From a virus, in the UHGV virus genome UHGV-0355499: a stretch of 44,522 nucleotides of DNA. One strand, written 5' to 3'. Shown here in pieces: positions 9,488 through 18,235 of the stretch (position 1 is the stretch's first letter; each line of letters opens with the position of its first letter). The notes below the pieces were generated by a model. The model worked only from the letters and a program-made list of their open reading frames with translations, ran no database searches and was not told the DNA's origin. A program made the translations under genes and the position numbers.

Positions 9488-9898
9488 TCACGCCCCTTTC
9501 TTTGCTATCGGAGTGATGGAACTCAGCAGCAGGCGGCAGCGACCAGGCGCGCCAATGCGCTGCCCGGTTATCTTGTCGTAAGTTTCATGCGGTGAGGCAC
9601 ACCAGGTTGTCGCTGTTTCGTGGAGTTTCACTTGCCGCTCACCATTTCTGCGAATCGCGATCCCGGTGTGCGTTTTGCCCTTACGTTTCACTGCTGGCGC
9701 TGCGGCTACGGATGCCTGACGGGCAGGCTTAGCAGGGGTTGAAAAATTGCCTGCTTTAGGTCTTGGCACAAAAACCGCGCGAGTGCGCGCACGTGGCCCG
9801 ACGTTCATATTCCACAAAATGACGTCGAGATAGTTTTTACCGTCGTCTATGTGTCCTTTGTCCGACGGGTACTCTAATTTGCCTGGAGTGGTGGTCAT
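9488..9898 (-). CDS. hypothetical phage protein
   Basis: 136-aa ORF between helicase gene and small early genes; no domain recognised. Confidence 0.4.
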   Translation of the reverse strand: MTTTPGKLEYPSDKGHIDDGKNYLDVILWNMNVGPRARTRAVFVPRPKAGNFSTPAKPARQASVAAAPAVKRKGKTHTGIAIRRNGERQVKLHETATTWCASPHETYDKITGQRIGAPGRCRLLLSSITPIAKKGA

Positions 9899-9936
9899 TG
9901 GTCTTTCCTCGGTTATTTCACGCTGGTCAGGCGTGG

Positions 9937-11379
9937 TTAAAATTCATTTGTGCGAGAATTATCGCTACGGGAATAACGTTTATTTTTTTCTGAGCGGTCG
10001 TTGGTAAGGCGATAAACCTCCTCATCGCTGATATCAATAACTGAGCCATTTTTCATCAGGGCATAGGCTGTTCCCGATGGTCCTTCGCGGTTCAGACGTA
10101 GCAACATTTCCATGAGATTTGGGTCGGCATTTTCGTTATAAACAGCATCACGATAGAGGCCAATCCAGACATCGCAATCTTGTTCGATCTGCCCGGTATC
10201 TTTACTGTCGCTCGGGTTAGGCCGCTTATCGGCACGTTCTTCAAGCTTTCGGTTGAGTTGCGTCAGCAGGACCACAACACAATCCAGCTCTTTTGCCAGG
10301 TTCTTCAAACCGGTTGTGATATCGCCATACGCAATATCCCTACGCTCTGCCGATTCGGTCTTCATCAGCGTCAAATAGTCAATTGCCACCAGGCCAACCG
10401 AGCCACGCATCCGTTTAACTTTTCGACATTCAGCGACAATATGCGCAAGGGTTACACCTGCCGTGCTGTCAATCATCATGTTGGATTCGGCAATCTCCCC
10501 CGCCTTTGCTATTGCGAGACTCAATTCAGATTCATCGTTAGGGCCAAGATAAAAAATCTCCGAATTGACCTTTGCTTCCTGCGCAACCATGCGTTCAATG
10601 AGACTTCTGTCAGTCATTTCCAGGCTAAATACCAGCGTCGGCAAACGATGATTCAGAGCAAAATGCACCGCAATTTTATTAAACGCGGCTGTCTTGCCCA
10701 TTTTTGGCCGGGCACCAATAACGACCAATGAACCTCTTAACGCCTGCTTTGGTGCCATTAAGCGATCAAGGCTTTCGATTCCGAGCGTTAGTCCGGCTGC
10801 ATGTGCTGGATCATTGAAACGGCGCTCAAGGTCATCTATCCAGTCATCGACGACTTCACTTGCCGGACGCAAACCGCCCTTATGCCCGGTACGGGAATGT
10901 TCGGCCACCTGCCCAATCACTTGCTGAACGGCGGTGATCCTGTCAGTAGCAGTCATATCTGCAGGCTGGATCATAATCTCCAGACAAGAATTCAACTTTT
11001 CCACGGCATAACGAAGAATGGCTTTTTCACGTACAATTTTCGCGTAGTTGACCATTGAGGCCGGAATCGCCGCCTTACTCATTTCAGCCAGGTATGCGAA
11101 TCCCCCCACGCGCTCATACAGCCCCTTCGATTCCATCAGTTCGGTCAGTGTTATCAGGTCAGTTGGTTTATCAGCTTGAAATAATCCTTTGATCTCCCGG
11201 TAGATAACCTGATGCGCATTGATATAAAACGTTTCCGGTTTCAGTAACGCAAATACCGCATTGGTTCTGTCGTGGTCGGTATTCAGCATCAGACAGCCCA
11301 GAACAGCCTGTTCTGCGTCAACGCTGTACAGTGCAATCGCGTTATTTATCATTTGCGCGTTCTTCCTTGACCGAAACAT
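9937..11379 (-). CDS. replicative DNA helicase (DnaB family), phage-encoded
   Basis: 480-aa ORF with DnaB N-terminal domain and Walker A (GARPKMGKTAF), Walker B-like DYLTLM and LLTQLNR motifs. Confidence 0.9.
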   Translation of the reverse strand: MFRSRKNAQMINNAIALYSVDAEQAVLGCLMLNTDHDRTNAVFALLKPETFYINAHQVIYREIKGLFQADKPTDLITLTELMESKGLYERVGGFAYLAEMSKAAIPASMVNYAKIVREKAILRYAVEKLNSCLEIMIQPADMTATDRITAVQQVIGQVAEHSRTGHKGGLRPASEVVDDWIDDLERRFNDPAHAAGLTLGIESLDRLMAPKQALRGSLVVIGARPKMGKTAAFNKIAVHFALNHRLPTLVFSLEMTDRSLIERMVAQEAKVNSEIFYLGPNDESELSLAIAKAGEIAESNMMIDSTAGVTLAHIVAECRKVKRMRGSVGLVAIDYLTLMKTESAERRDIAYGDITTGLKNLAKELDCVVVLLTQLNRKLEERADKRPNPSDSKDTGQIEQDCDVWIGLYRDAVYNENADPNLMEMLLRLNREGPSGTAYALMKNGSVIDISDEEVYRLTNDRSEKNKRYSRSDNSRTNEF

Positions 11380-12097
11380 AGCAGCGTTCGGTAATCAGAT
11401 AATCAAGATTTTTACGCCGCCAGAATCCTCCCCTGCCATTTGGCCTGTCCTCCAGCATCCAGCGACAATTGCCACCGATAAATTCCAGATAGGCCCGCCA
11501 ACGGGACTCATTGAAATTGAATTTTTTCCAGAAAGTGCGAAGGTGTTTTTTTCTGCCGTCAGTGAGGATTTTCACTGGTGGCATCTCTGGCAAAATCTCG
11601 TGATAGGTATCGAGTATCACCTGATAATTTATTCTCTGGTCGGCAGGTTGTTGGGTGTCGGCGTCAGCCGATTCACCATCAGTAATAATCTCTGTAGTAT
11701 TCTCTGTAAGAATGTTTGTTGGTTTTCCACGTACAGGCCTGGTGGTTTTCCCCTCACCTGTATGTGGTTTTTCCGCATCCTTGTATGCGGACGTAAGTAG
11801 CTGGCACAACACATCATTATCGATTTTGTAGTACAGCCTGGCAGGCAAGCCCTGTTTACGTTCCAGCAAGACGCCGAGACCACGTAGTTTTTTGCGCGCG
11901 CCCTCCTGCTCGTATCGTGAAAGCCCTGTTTCCTCTTCCCACTCATCCTGGGTTTTATATACCCAGCCGTCGTCAGTTGTTCTGTTTGTCCAGTACGTCA
12001 ACTGCGACAGAAACAATGCGGCAGTCACGCCCATTTCAAGACGGATAAAACTTCTCTGGAAGGCTATGGGTCTATCAAGTAACGGGAGGATGTTCAT
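11342..12097 (-). CDS. phage replication initiation protein (O-like / replisome organiser)
   Basis: 251-aa ORF immediately upstream of and overlapping the DnaB-like gene; N-terminal HTH-like region; position matches lambda O / Rac YdaU slot. Confidence 0.55.
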   Translation of the reverse strand: MNILPLLDRPIAFQRSFIRLEMGVTAALFLSQLTYWTNRTTDDGWVYKTQDEWEEETGLSRYEQEGARKKLRGLGVLLERKQGLPARLYYKIDNDVLCQLLTSAYKDAEKPHTGEGKTTRPVRGKPTNILTENTTEIITDGESADADTQQPADQRINYQVILDTYHEILPEMPPVKILTDGRKKHLRTFWKKFNFNESRWRAYLEFIGGNCRWMLEDRPNGRGGFWRRKNLDYLITERCYVSVKEERANDK

Positions 12098-12318
12098 ATG
12101 CCCAAAGCCTCTGAGAGAACGCGACAGCCAGCCTCATAGGCAGCGCCAGAGAGATTTTGCTCACGCAGTTTCGCTTTTTCTTCTTCGTACTTTTCCCATA
12201 CAGAACGTGCAGCTGCGACGCGGCCATCGAATATGGGGCGGATCTCTGCAACATGTGCCGGGCGTCCATTCAGGTGCCAGCCGTTACGCCAGGTAATGCG
12301 GTCAATATGTCTTAACAT
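12094..12318 (-). CDS. hypothetical phage protein
   Basis: 74-aa ORF, 4-nt overlap with replication gene. Confidence 0.4.
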   Translation of the reverse strand: MLRHIDRITWRNGWHLNGRPAHVAEIRPIFDGRVAAARSVWEKYEEEKAKLREQNLSGAAYEAGCRVLSEALGI

Positions 12319-12357
12319 CGGTCTTTCCTCGGTATAAGTTAAACGCTGGTCAGGCGC

Positions 12358-12834
12358 TCATGCATGGTGGTCTTGCGCAGTGCGTATCACTGCTCCTCGC
12401 GTCGCTACCAGCGCCGCTATTGCTTCGTCAATTTCCTGAATAGTTAACTCTGGCGCGAAGTGGAGATGTACAGCGTTAATCGCTTCCACCCCTTCTTTTG
12501 CCGCCAGCGTTGCCAGCAAAACGGGATCGCCCGGCGACTCCAGACGTGCCCGCCGTTCTGCGGGTAGCACGGCTTTCATCACACTGGCCAGCACCTGAGT
12601 TTTTCGGCGCGCCGCCGTTGTCTCGCCACGTAACCAGCGAAAGATTTTCTGCCGATTGTTGTTGATGGCTCTCCAGTCCACGTTGCCGTCCGCGTCCTCA
12701 AATTCATGTAGTCTCAACTCATCATTGCGTCCCTGACTGAACCAGGCCCGGCAGATTTCAATCGTGACGAGTTCCTGCCCTGCCCTTGCCGCCCAGGTCA
12801 AAATCTCTTTTTGTAATTCCTCTTGGTTTTCCAT
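12358..12834 (-). CDS. YdaT-like protein (CII-position regulator of Rac-type prophages)
   Basis: 158-aa ORF directly downstream of Cro-like gene; segment KIFRWLRGETTAARRKTQVL...LPAERRARL resembles YdaT family as recalled from memory. Confidence 0.45.
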   Translation of the reverse strand: MENQEELQKEILTWAARAGQELVTIEICRAWFSQGRNDELRLHEFEDADGNVDWRAINNNRQKIFRWLRGETTAARRKTQVLASVMKAVLPAERRARLESPGDPVLLATLAAKEGVEAINAVHLHFAPELTIQEIDEAIAALVATRGAVIRTAQDHHA

Positions 12835-12892
12835 AGCGTCTCCTGTCGCTAAAAATTGATTACGCTTAATCAGATTTGGGGCTCACCAACAG

Positions 12893-13124
12893 TTAAGCTG
12901 CTTCCGTTTTAGGCAAGCTGTCATCTGGGTTTGGGTAAAGATCCGGTCTAAGATCATGAGGGGTCACGCGCCATTCAAGAGCTTCAGATGTGCGCAAAAC
13001 CTCTTCACCGGGAACCCGTCCTTTGAACCAGAGGCTTACCGTTTGTGGTTTTTTCCCTAATCGCCGCCCTAACTCGGATTGACTCATTACGGAAAGAATT
13101 TTGTCTTGCAGTTGTTTATCCATA
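12893..13124 (-). CDS. Cro-like HTH regulator
   Basis: Small HTH protein (SQSELGRRLGKKPQTVSLWFKG) divergent from the CI-like gene; AAGGAG RBS before ATG at ~13124 (ORF track extends to 13159). Confidence 0.55.
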
Positions 13125-13221
13125 TGGACTCCTTGTGTCCGCGTCATCATTACAAACAATAACTGTAATTACAAATTATATTTGCAATGCTCCCTACAAT
13201 TAAACCTTGTATCCTTACGGT
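13125..13221. promoter_or_regulatory. divergent cro / cI promoter-operator region
   Basis: Intergenic region between divergent Cro-like and CI-like genes with repeated TTACAAA half-sites (ATTACAAACAATAACTGTAATTACAAATTATATTTGCAA). Confidence 0.4.
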
Positions 13222-13635
13222 ATGAACACAAAAACGAAAAACATGGCTTTTGCTAGCCGACTACAACGGATTCTAAAAGACTTAGGCTGGTCTCAATCTG
13301 AGTTAGCTCGCCATATTGGGGTTACGGCTCAATCAGTTCAGGCATGGTGTAATGGGGTAACTCCAAGAAAAGATAAATTAGACAAGCTAGCAAAAGTGAC
13401 CGGATACCCTGTTCATTTTTTCTTCATGAATGAAGGGGAATATTTGGATGAATCCACACTACACCCGGGTAATTACAATCAAGAACTAACCCCGCAAGAA
13501 CAGGCTCTACTGCAACTATTCAGAGGACTGCCTGAGAGCGAAAAAAATAAATTAATCAATGAGCTAAAAGAAAAAAGAGAGCACTTCGATCTACTGCTAA
13601 AAGAACTACTTGAAGCCAAAAACCAGACAAAATAG
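13222..13635 (+). CDS. CI-like XRE-family repressor (HTH only, no S24 peptidase domain)
   Basis: HTH LQRILKDLGWSQSELARHIGVTAQSVQAWCNG; ~140 aa without LexA-like C-terminal protease domain; start ambiguous (13207 TTG, 13222 or 13243 ATG, possibly leaderless). Confidence 0.7.
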   Translation: MNTKTKNMAFASRLQRILKDLGWSQSELARHIGVTAQSVQAWCNGVTPRKDKLDKLAKVTGYPVHFFFMNEGEYLDESTLHPGNYNQELTPQEQALLQLFRGLPESEKNKLINELKEKREHFDLLLKELLEAKNQTK

Positions 13636-13753
13636 TTCAGTTCAAATTTCCAGGCCAGCCGCTGCTGGCATGCAACTTTCCCCTAACACAAAAACACCTT
13701 TACACAGTGAATATTTTTTTGCCCCTCACTACAAATTATTTTTTAAAAACACA

Positions 13754-13782
13754 TTGACCATTACAAATACAAATTGTAAAGT
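13754..13782 (+). promoter_or_regulatory. PL-like promoter with operator-type inverted repeat TTACAA-N7-TTGTAA
   Basis: TTGACC (-35-like), 17-nt spacer, TAAAGT (-10-like); inverted repeat shares the TTACAA half-site with the cro/cI intergenic region. Confidence 0.3.
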
Positions 13783-14645
13783 CACTTTCATCAACAACGC
13801 TTACCCAGCGGCAGTTGTTCAGAAACACGTTCTGACAGCCGGAAAGACGGCACCAAATTTTGCGCGTCGGCGCCAACACGGTGACAGAGGGAAAGACTTC
13901 ACCGGCATATGGCACATGTGTCGAAGCGGTCTGGATGGAAGCGGAGCCTTAACGCGTTGTCTCCATAGCAGGTAGCCGGAATGTGCAAGCCACAGCCAGG
14001 TATGAGCGATTGATTCACCATCAAGGCGATACGGTGTGACCACCAGGGAAGAGTCCTGGCTACAACACGAGAGCGCACTTCATCGACTCAACTTTGAGCT
14101 TTGTCGTTAAATTTTGAAATGGCGGAGTGCGCTCCCGGTTGTGGTGAACAGGTGTTTAACGGGAACTCCCTGCCCGTTACCCGGTTCGATTCCGGGCGCC
14201 CATCATCAATTTGCTGTGTTTAGTCTTTGCCCAGTCCGCACGATGGGCCATTTTTTCACACAGCCAGGTTTTATCGCTGTGCCTGAGTCCCCAACAGGAG
14301 AGGCCAAACCCGCAGCGTGACACCAGGGAAAGACCGGAGGAAGTACCACGCCTGACCAGCGTTGACCATGAGCCTGACCAGCTCAAAACAGGAAAGACCA
14401 GCCCGGGCCTGACCAGCCCTGTACGGTCGTAATGGAAACATAACGACGCCGGAAACGTAACCGGCACCCTTTAGATAGCAAAAGACCCGCACAAGGCGGG
14501 CCAGTTACCCCGAACGGCGACCAAACCATTCGGATTTATCACAAGTGACCAAACTTGTGATGAGGAAAGACCAACGACACTGACGCTATGGAAGCTGATC
14601 AATATTCGCTGATCGGCTCTGAGTATACATTACCAAGGAGTCGCT

Positions 14646-14966
14646 ATGGAAGCGCGCACCATCCCAGTAACACTCTTTATTCATTATGCAACTTCAACTT
14701 TCAGCCACGAAAAGCTGCTTGTTGCGACTGTTGATATGTCAAAAAATTTTCCAGACAGGTACATCCTTCTGGAAAGCCGCGAAATTGAAATTACCGTTAA
14801 CCAGCCCGAGCCAATCGACATCATCGGTTTACAGGTCGAGCAACTGCGTGAACAAAAACAGAAAACAGTCGCCGACGCCCAACAGCGTATTGCTGCTATC
14901 GATGACAAAATCCAGCAGTTACTTTGCATCGAATACACGCCAGATACCGATGAGCTCCCCTACTAA
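14646..14966 (+). CDS. hypothetical phage early protein
   Basis: 106-aa ORF with AAGGAG RBS; first ORF of the rightward operon after the long leader. Confidence 0.5.
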   Translation: MEARTIPVTLFIHYATSTFSHEKLLVATVDMSKNFPDRYILLESREIEITVNQPEPIDIIGLQVEQLREQKQKTVADAQQRIAAIDDKIQQLLCIEYTPDTDELPY

Positions 14967-14996
14967 AAACCACTGACCTGTAATGAGGAAAGACCA

Positions 14997-17213
14997 ATGA
15001 CCATTTTTAACGGCTTGTTAGAAGCGAAAAAAGGCGCGCTCAAAAACGGCGCGATCCCGGCGCTGGCCATCGCCATCGCCGCCCCTAACAAAAAAGTTGC
15101 CGAGAACATCATCATCGGCAAATTGTGGGAAGCCTACCCTGACCACGGCGACAACTATTTCAAACCTAAAATCTGGGAAGATGCCCCGGGCCAACCGCGC
15201 CCAGGCGTCGGTGAGTTTGATGAGACGTTTGCCACAGAACACAGTTTTGATGGCGAAAAATGGGTAGTTAACACTCCTGTTGATTCAGATTGCAGTTCAG
15301 CAGATATCTCACAGGTTAGCGACCTGATGAAACTGCCGGCTCGTGAACGATTCGCCGCCGTTCTGCTGTTCAGCCACGACGCCAACGAAGTCGACAGTGA
15401 ATTGCTTGTGCAGACGCGTGAATACCTGGAGATGCTCGATAACAGTGATACTGACAGTGAGGATGAGGTTGACGCGTTTAACCGCATCGTTCTTGATGCC
15501 ATGGTGGCGTGTAAGCCCATCGAGTACATGCATATTGCTGGATTGAATAATCTGGTACATGCAATTTTGGCAAGTTGCGATACCCAGGAACAAAACCCGA
15601 CCAGTTGGACTATCTCCAAATTTATAAAAAAATGGGTAGAGAATCCCGGTAAACGAGATGAAATGCTGCCGGAGGTAAAACCAGAAACAGCATCCGCACG
15701 TCCTTACAAACAGACTCACGCCACTCTGGATCGTGAAATTGCCTGCGCCCTGTTACCTGTTGCCCCGGAAAAAATCACCCCCAGCATCCTGAAAGCGGCA
15801 GACGAAATAATCAGTCAGGACAGGGAAGATTTTAAACGCTGGTCAATGGCCTTGCGCACAACGGATCAGATCCTTGCCTATGACCGCGCATCAGTATTCG
15901 GTGTTATTCAGAGCGCCCCCGCAAAAGACACGTACCACTTCCCACAATCCCTGCGCAGTCACATCGACAACTGGCTGCAAGCTAACGGGCAGCGTGATGC
16001 AAATGCTGTTGAAGAGAAGCCAAAGGAAGCAGCACCCAAGGATGATGTAAAAGTCACCAACCACGGCGGCGGACGATTCTCAATTGATGGGATGATGTCA
16101 GAAACACCCTCAAATCAGGGCGAAAAAAGCGAAGCTGCAAATGCTGGAGAACGTAGTTTGCAGCAGTTGCGTGAGCAGTTTGTCACGCCTCGCCATGTGT
16201 ATGACGTACCTGAAAATAACGCCGTATCACAGAGGGAACCTGCAGCTATTACCCTGGCAGAAGAGACTCCTCCACAAGAACAACTTAGCGAGCAGGTAAA
16301 GGATCTGGTGCAGAACGTTGACGCGCTGGTTGAGCGGATCCATGCCGAAGAGCACAAGCGGCAGAATGCAATCTCAGCTATCGAAACGGAGTTAAAGGAC
16401 TCAGATGACACGGATAACCTGGCATTGTGGAAGAACGTATTCAAAACCGATGAGCGCTTCACCAGTGCTTTCTCTCAGAATGGCGGCGGCACATCCATCA
16501 ACGGCACTTATATAGCGATGAAAGCGACTCGCGAATTTGGGCCATTTGGTATTGGCTGGGGGGTAGAGGTGCTGGAGGAGCGCTTTGATAAAGGCGCACC
16601 AATAGTTCGCAAAAAACAGGTTGGTGAAAAAATAGAATGGGATCTGATTCAAGACGGTGTTGGCGGGTACCTATGTGAAATGCACCACACCATGAAAGTG
16701 AGAGTCTGGTACATATTGAATGGGGTACGCGGTGAGTCCGAGGCTTACGGATGCACACCTTATATCTACGACACTAAATACGGACCAACAAGCGACGGCG
16801 AAGCACCGAAGAAATCCTGGACGGATGCTGTTAAGAAAGCGCTATCCCCTCTCGGATTCAGCGCCGATATTTTCATGGGCCTGTACGACAATCCGGAATA
16901 CCGCCAGAGGAATAAAGCTGAGTTTGATATCAAGAATGCCAGCGAGAATGCGGAAGATGCTACCCGTCTGCGTAAGGAACTGGATGAGAAGCTTATCAAC
17001 GTTGCCAATACGCTGGCCGCCGCGGTAACCGCCAACGAAGTAAACAAGGTATTTGGCCTCATCGCCCGCGAAGTGGATGTACACAGGAAAGCAGCGGAAA
17101 CCAAAGGCGATAAAGAATATTCATCGTATCTGGGATCACGTCTGCGCCGTATCACCGACATTAAAACTGAACGCCTCGCCGCCCTTACCGCTGCACAGGA
17201 GCAAACAGCATGA
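14997..17213 (+). CDS. large early protein with C-terminal Rad52/Erf-like single-strand annealing domain
   Basis: 738-aa ORF; C-terminal region (...YGCTPYIYDTKYGP...KKSWTDAVKKALSPLGFSADIFMG) resembles the Rad52/Sak signature (VTDxLKRAL..FGNALG); N-terminal ~450 aa acidic, unrecognised. Confidence 0.6.
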   Translation: MTIFNGLLEAKKGALKNGAIPALAIAIAAPNKKVAENIIIGKLWEAYPDHGDNYFKPKIWEDAPGQPRPGVGEFDETFATEHSFDGEKWVVNTPVDSDCSSADISQVSDLMKLPARERFAAVLLFSHDANEVDSELLVQTREYLEMLDNSDTDSEDEVDAFNRIVLDAMVACKPIEYMHIAGLNNLVHAILASCDTQEQNPTSWTISKFIKKWVENPGKRDEMLPEVKPETASARPYKQTHATLDREIACALLPVAPEKITPSILKAADEIISQDREDFKRWSMALRTTDQILAYDRASVFGVIQSAPAKDTYHFPQSLRSHIDNWLQANGQRDANAVEEKPKEAAPKDDVKVTNHGGGRFSIDGMMSETPSNQGEKSEAANAGERSLQQLREQFVTPRHVYDVPENNAVSQREPAAITLAEETPPQEQLSEQVKDLVQNVDALVERIHAEEHKRQNAISAIETELKDSDDTDNLALWKNVFKTDERFTSAFSQNGGGTSINGTYIAMKATREFGPFGIGWGVEVLEERFDKGAPIVRKKQVGEKIEWDLIQDGVGGYLCEMHHTMKVRVWYILNGVRGESEAYGCTPYIYDTKYGPTSDGEAPKKSWTDAVKKALSPLGFSADIFMGLYDNPEYRQRNKAEFDIKNASENAEDATRLRKELDEKLINVANTLAAAVTANEVNKVFGLIAREVDVHRKAAETKGDKEYSSYLGSRLRRITDIKTERLAALTAAQEQTA

Positions 17214-17779
17214 GCACTGCTATCGCTATTGCAAAAGAATATGCCAGTCTGATTGACCTGTTAGAAACCGCCGATGAACTGACGCCAGAGATGATCGCCG
17301 ACACGCTTGAAGGCATGGAAGGAGAACTGGGAGACAAACTGGACGCCATGATGGTCATCTGCCGTAATTTACAGGGCAATGCCAATACCTGCGCTGAAGA
17401 AATGTCTCGCCTGGCAACCCGTAAGACGTCCTTTGAAGGCAAGGAAAAAGCAATTCGAAAGCATATGCTCACCTGCCTGCAAGCTGCTGGCCTGGATAAA
17501 CTGAAAACCGCAAAAAACACATTTACTGATGCACAGGGGGCTATCCGGGTAATTATCGATAGCAAAGATAAGATCCCGGATGAGTATGAGGGCGTGTCAC
17601 TTGTTGATGTAGAAACGGTTATTACACCAAACAAGCGAGCCATTAAAGAAGTGATTGAATCTGCGGAGGCGGTTGCCGCCGAAATACTGGCGCGTGGAGA
17701 AACACCACCAGCCGAGTTATTAAACCCGGTACCAGGCGCACATCTGGAACGCGGCGAACGGTCACTGAGGATACGCTAA
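17210..17779 (+). CDS. Gp157-family phage protein
   Basis: 189-aa ORF; pattern DTLEGMEGELGDKLDAMMVICRNLQ...KIPDEY matches siphovirus Gp157 family, commonly adjacent to annealase genes. Confidence 0.6.
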   Translation: MSTAIAIAKEYASLIDLLETADELTPEMIADTLEGMEGELGDKLDAMMVICRNLQGNANTCAEEMSRLATRKTSFEGKEKAIRKHMLTCLQAAGLDKLKTAKNTFTDAQGAIRVIIDSKDKIPDEYEGVSLVDVETVITPNKRAIKEVIESAEAVAAEILARGETPPAELLNPVPGAHLERGERSLRIR

Positions 17780-17961
17780 TGCTTAAACTCACATTAAAGC
17801 GTGGTGACGCGGTTCACCTGGTACTTGCCGATGGTACCAATGGCATTATTGAAGCACGGAGCCGCTGCGAACTTGGGCTACACCTGCCAGAAAACATTAA
17901 GGTCACTCGGGAGAAATCGGCATTCACCCCACAAGAACTGATTACGCCTAATCAGAAATAA
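17779..17961 (+). CDS. CsrA/RsmA-like small RNA-binding protein (putative)
   Basis: 60-aa ORF, start overlaps stop of upstream gene (TAATG); aligns end to end with CsrA (MLxLT.+.G N-terminus, LG..LP, V-x-RE near residue 44). Confidence 0.5.
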   Translation: MLKLTLKRGDAVHLVLADGTNGIIEARSRCELGLHLPENIKVTREKSAFTPQELITPNQK

Positions 17962-18010
17962 AAACTCACCATCGCTAGCATTGCGATTCACCAGACACCG
18001 GAGGATCACA

Positions 18011-18235
18011 ATGCTGCGATGGCAACCGGGAGCAACTCTGCTCTCCGCATTTGATATCAAAATTGGTCGACTGTCGGCCAGCGTCAGGAAACAGACTTTG
18101 ACCGAGTCTGATATTGCCCGTGCCTGCCAGAAGGCAGATGACGCAATAAGCTACATAATGAGGAAAGACCATGAAAAGCGATCACGACATAATCACCAGA
18201 GAAGAAATGGTCGAGCTGACGGGAAGCCCACTTAA
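18011..18235 (+). CDS. hypothetical small protein (uncertain)
   Basis: ATG at ~18011 preceded by GGAGGA RBS; overlaps the Xis-like gene in another frame. Confidence 0.25.
   Translation: MLRWQPGATLLSAFDIKIGRLSASVRKQTLTESDIARACQKADDAISYIMRKDHEKRSRHNHQRRNGRADGKPT

Noticed and set aside
10180-10731. Antisense ORFs inside large genes (also 15155-15619, 16115-16462, 34289-34642, 36606-37016, 38242-38730 and similar)
   Set aside because: They lie wholly inside well-supported genes on the opposite strand or in another frame, with biased low-complexity composition; shadow ORFs.
14119-14204. tRNA-like element with a perfect T-arm motif (CCCGG-TTCGATT-CCGGG)
   Set aside because: Acceptor-stem pairing is poor (5 of 7), no convincing D-arm or anticodon arm, and no CCA; possibly a decayed tRNA-derived site or coincidence.
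14320-14420. Short direct repeats (CCTGACCAGC, GGAAAGACC) as a possible CRISPR array
   Set aside because: Repeat units are about 9-12 nt with irregular spacing and no spacer-like unique segments of uniform length; no cas genes in the window.
13610-14492. Six mutually overlapping ORFs (68-121 aa) in the leader region
   Set aside because: Low-complexity, Arg/Ser/Pro-rich translations in a GC-rich segment, overlapping on both strands and lacking ribosome-binding sites; treated as non-coding.
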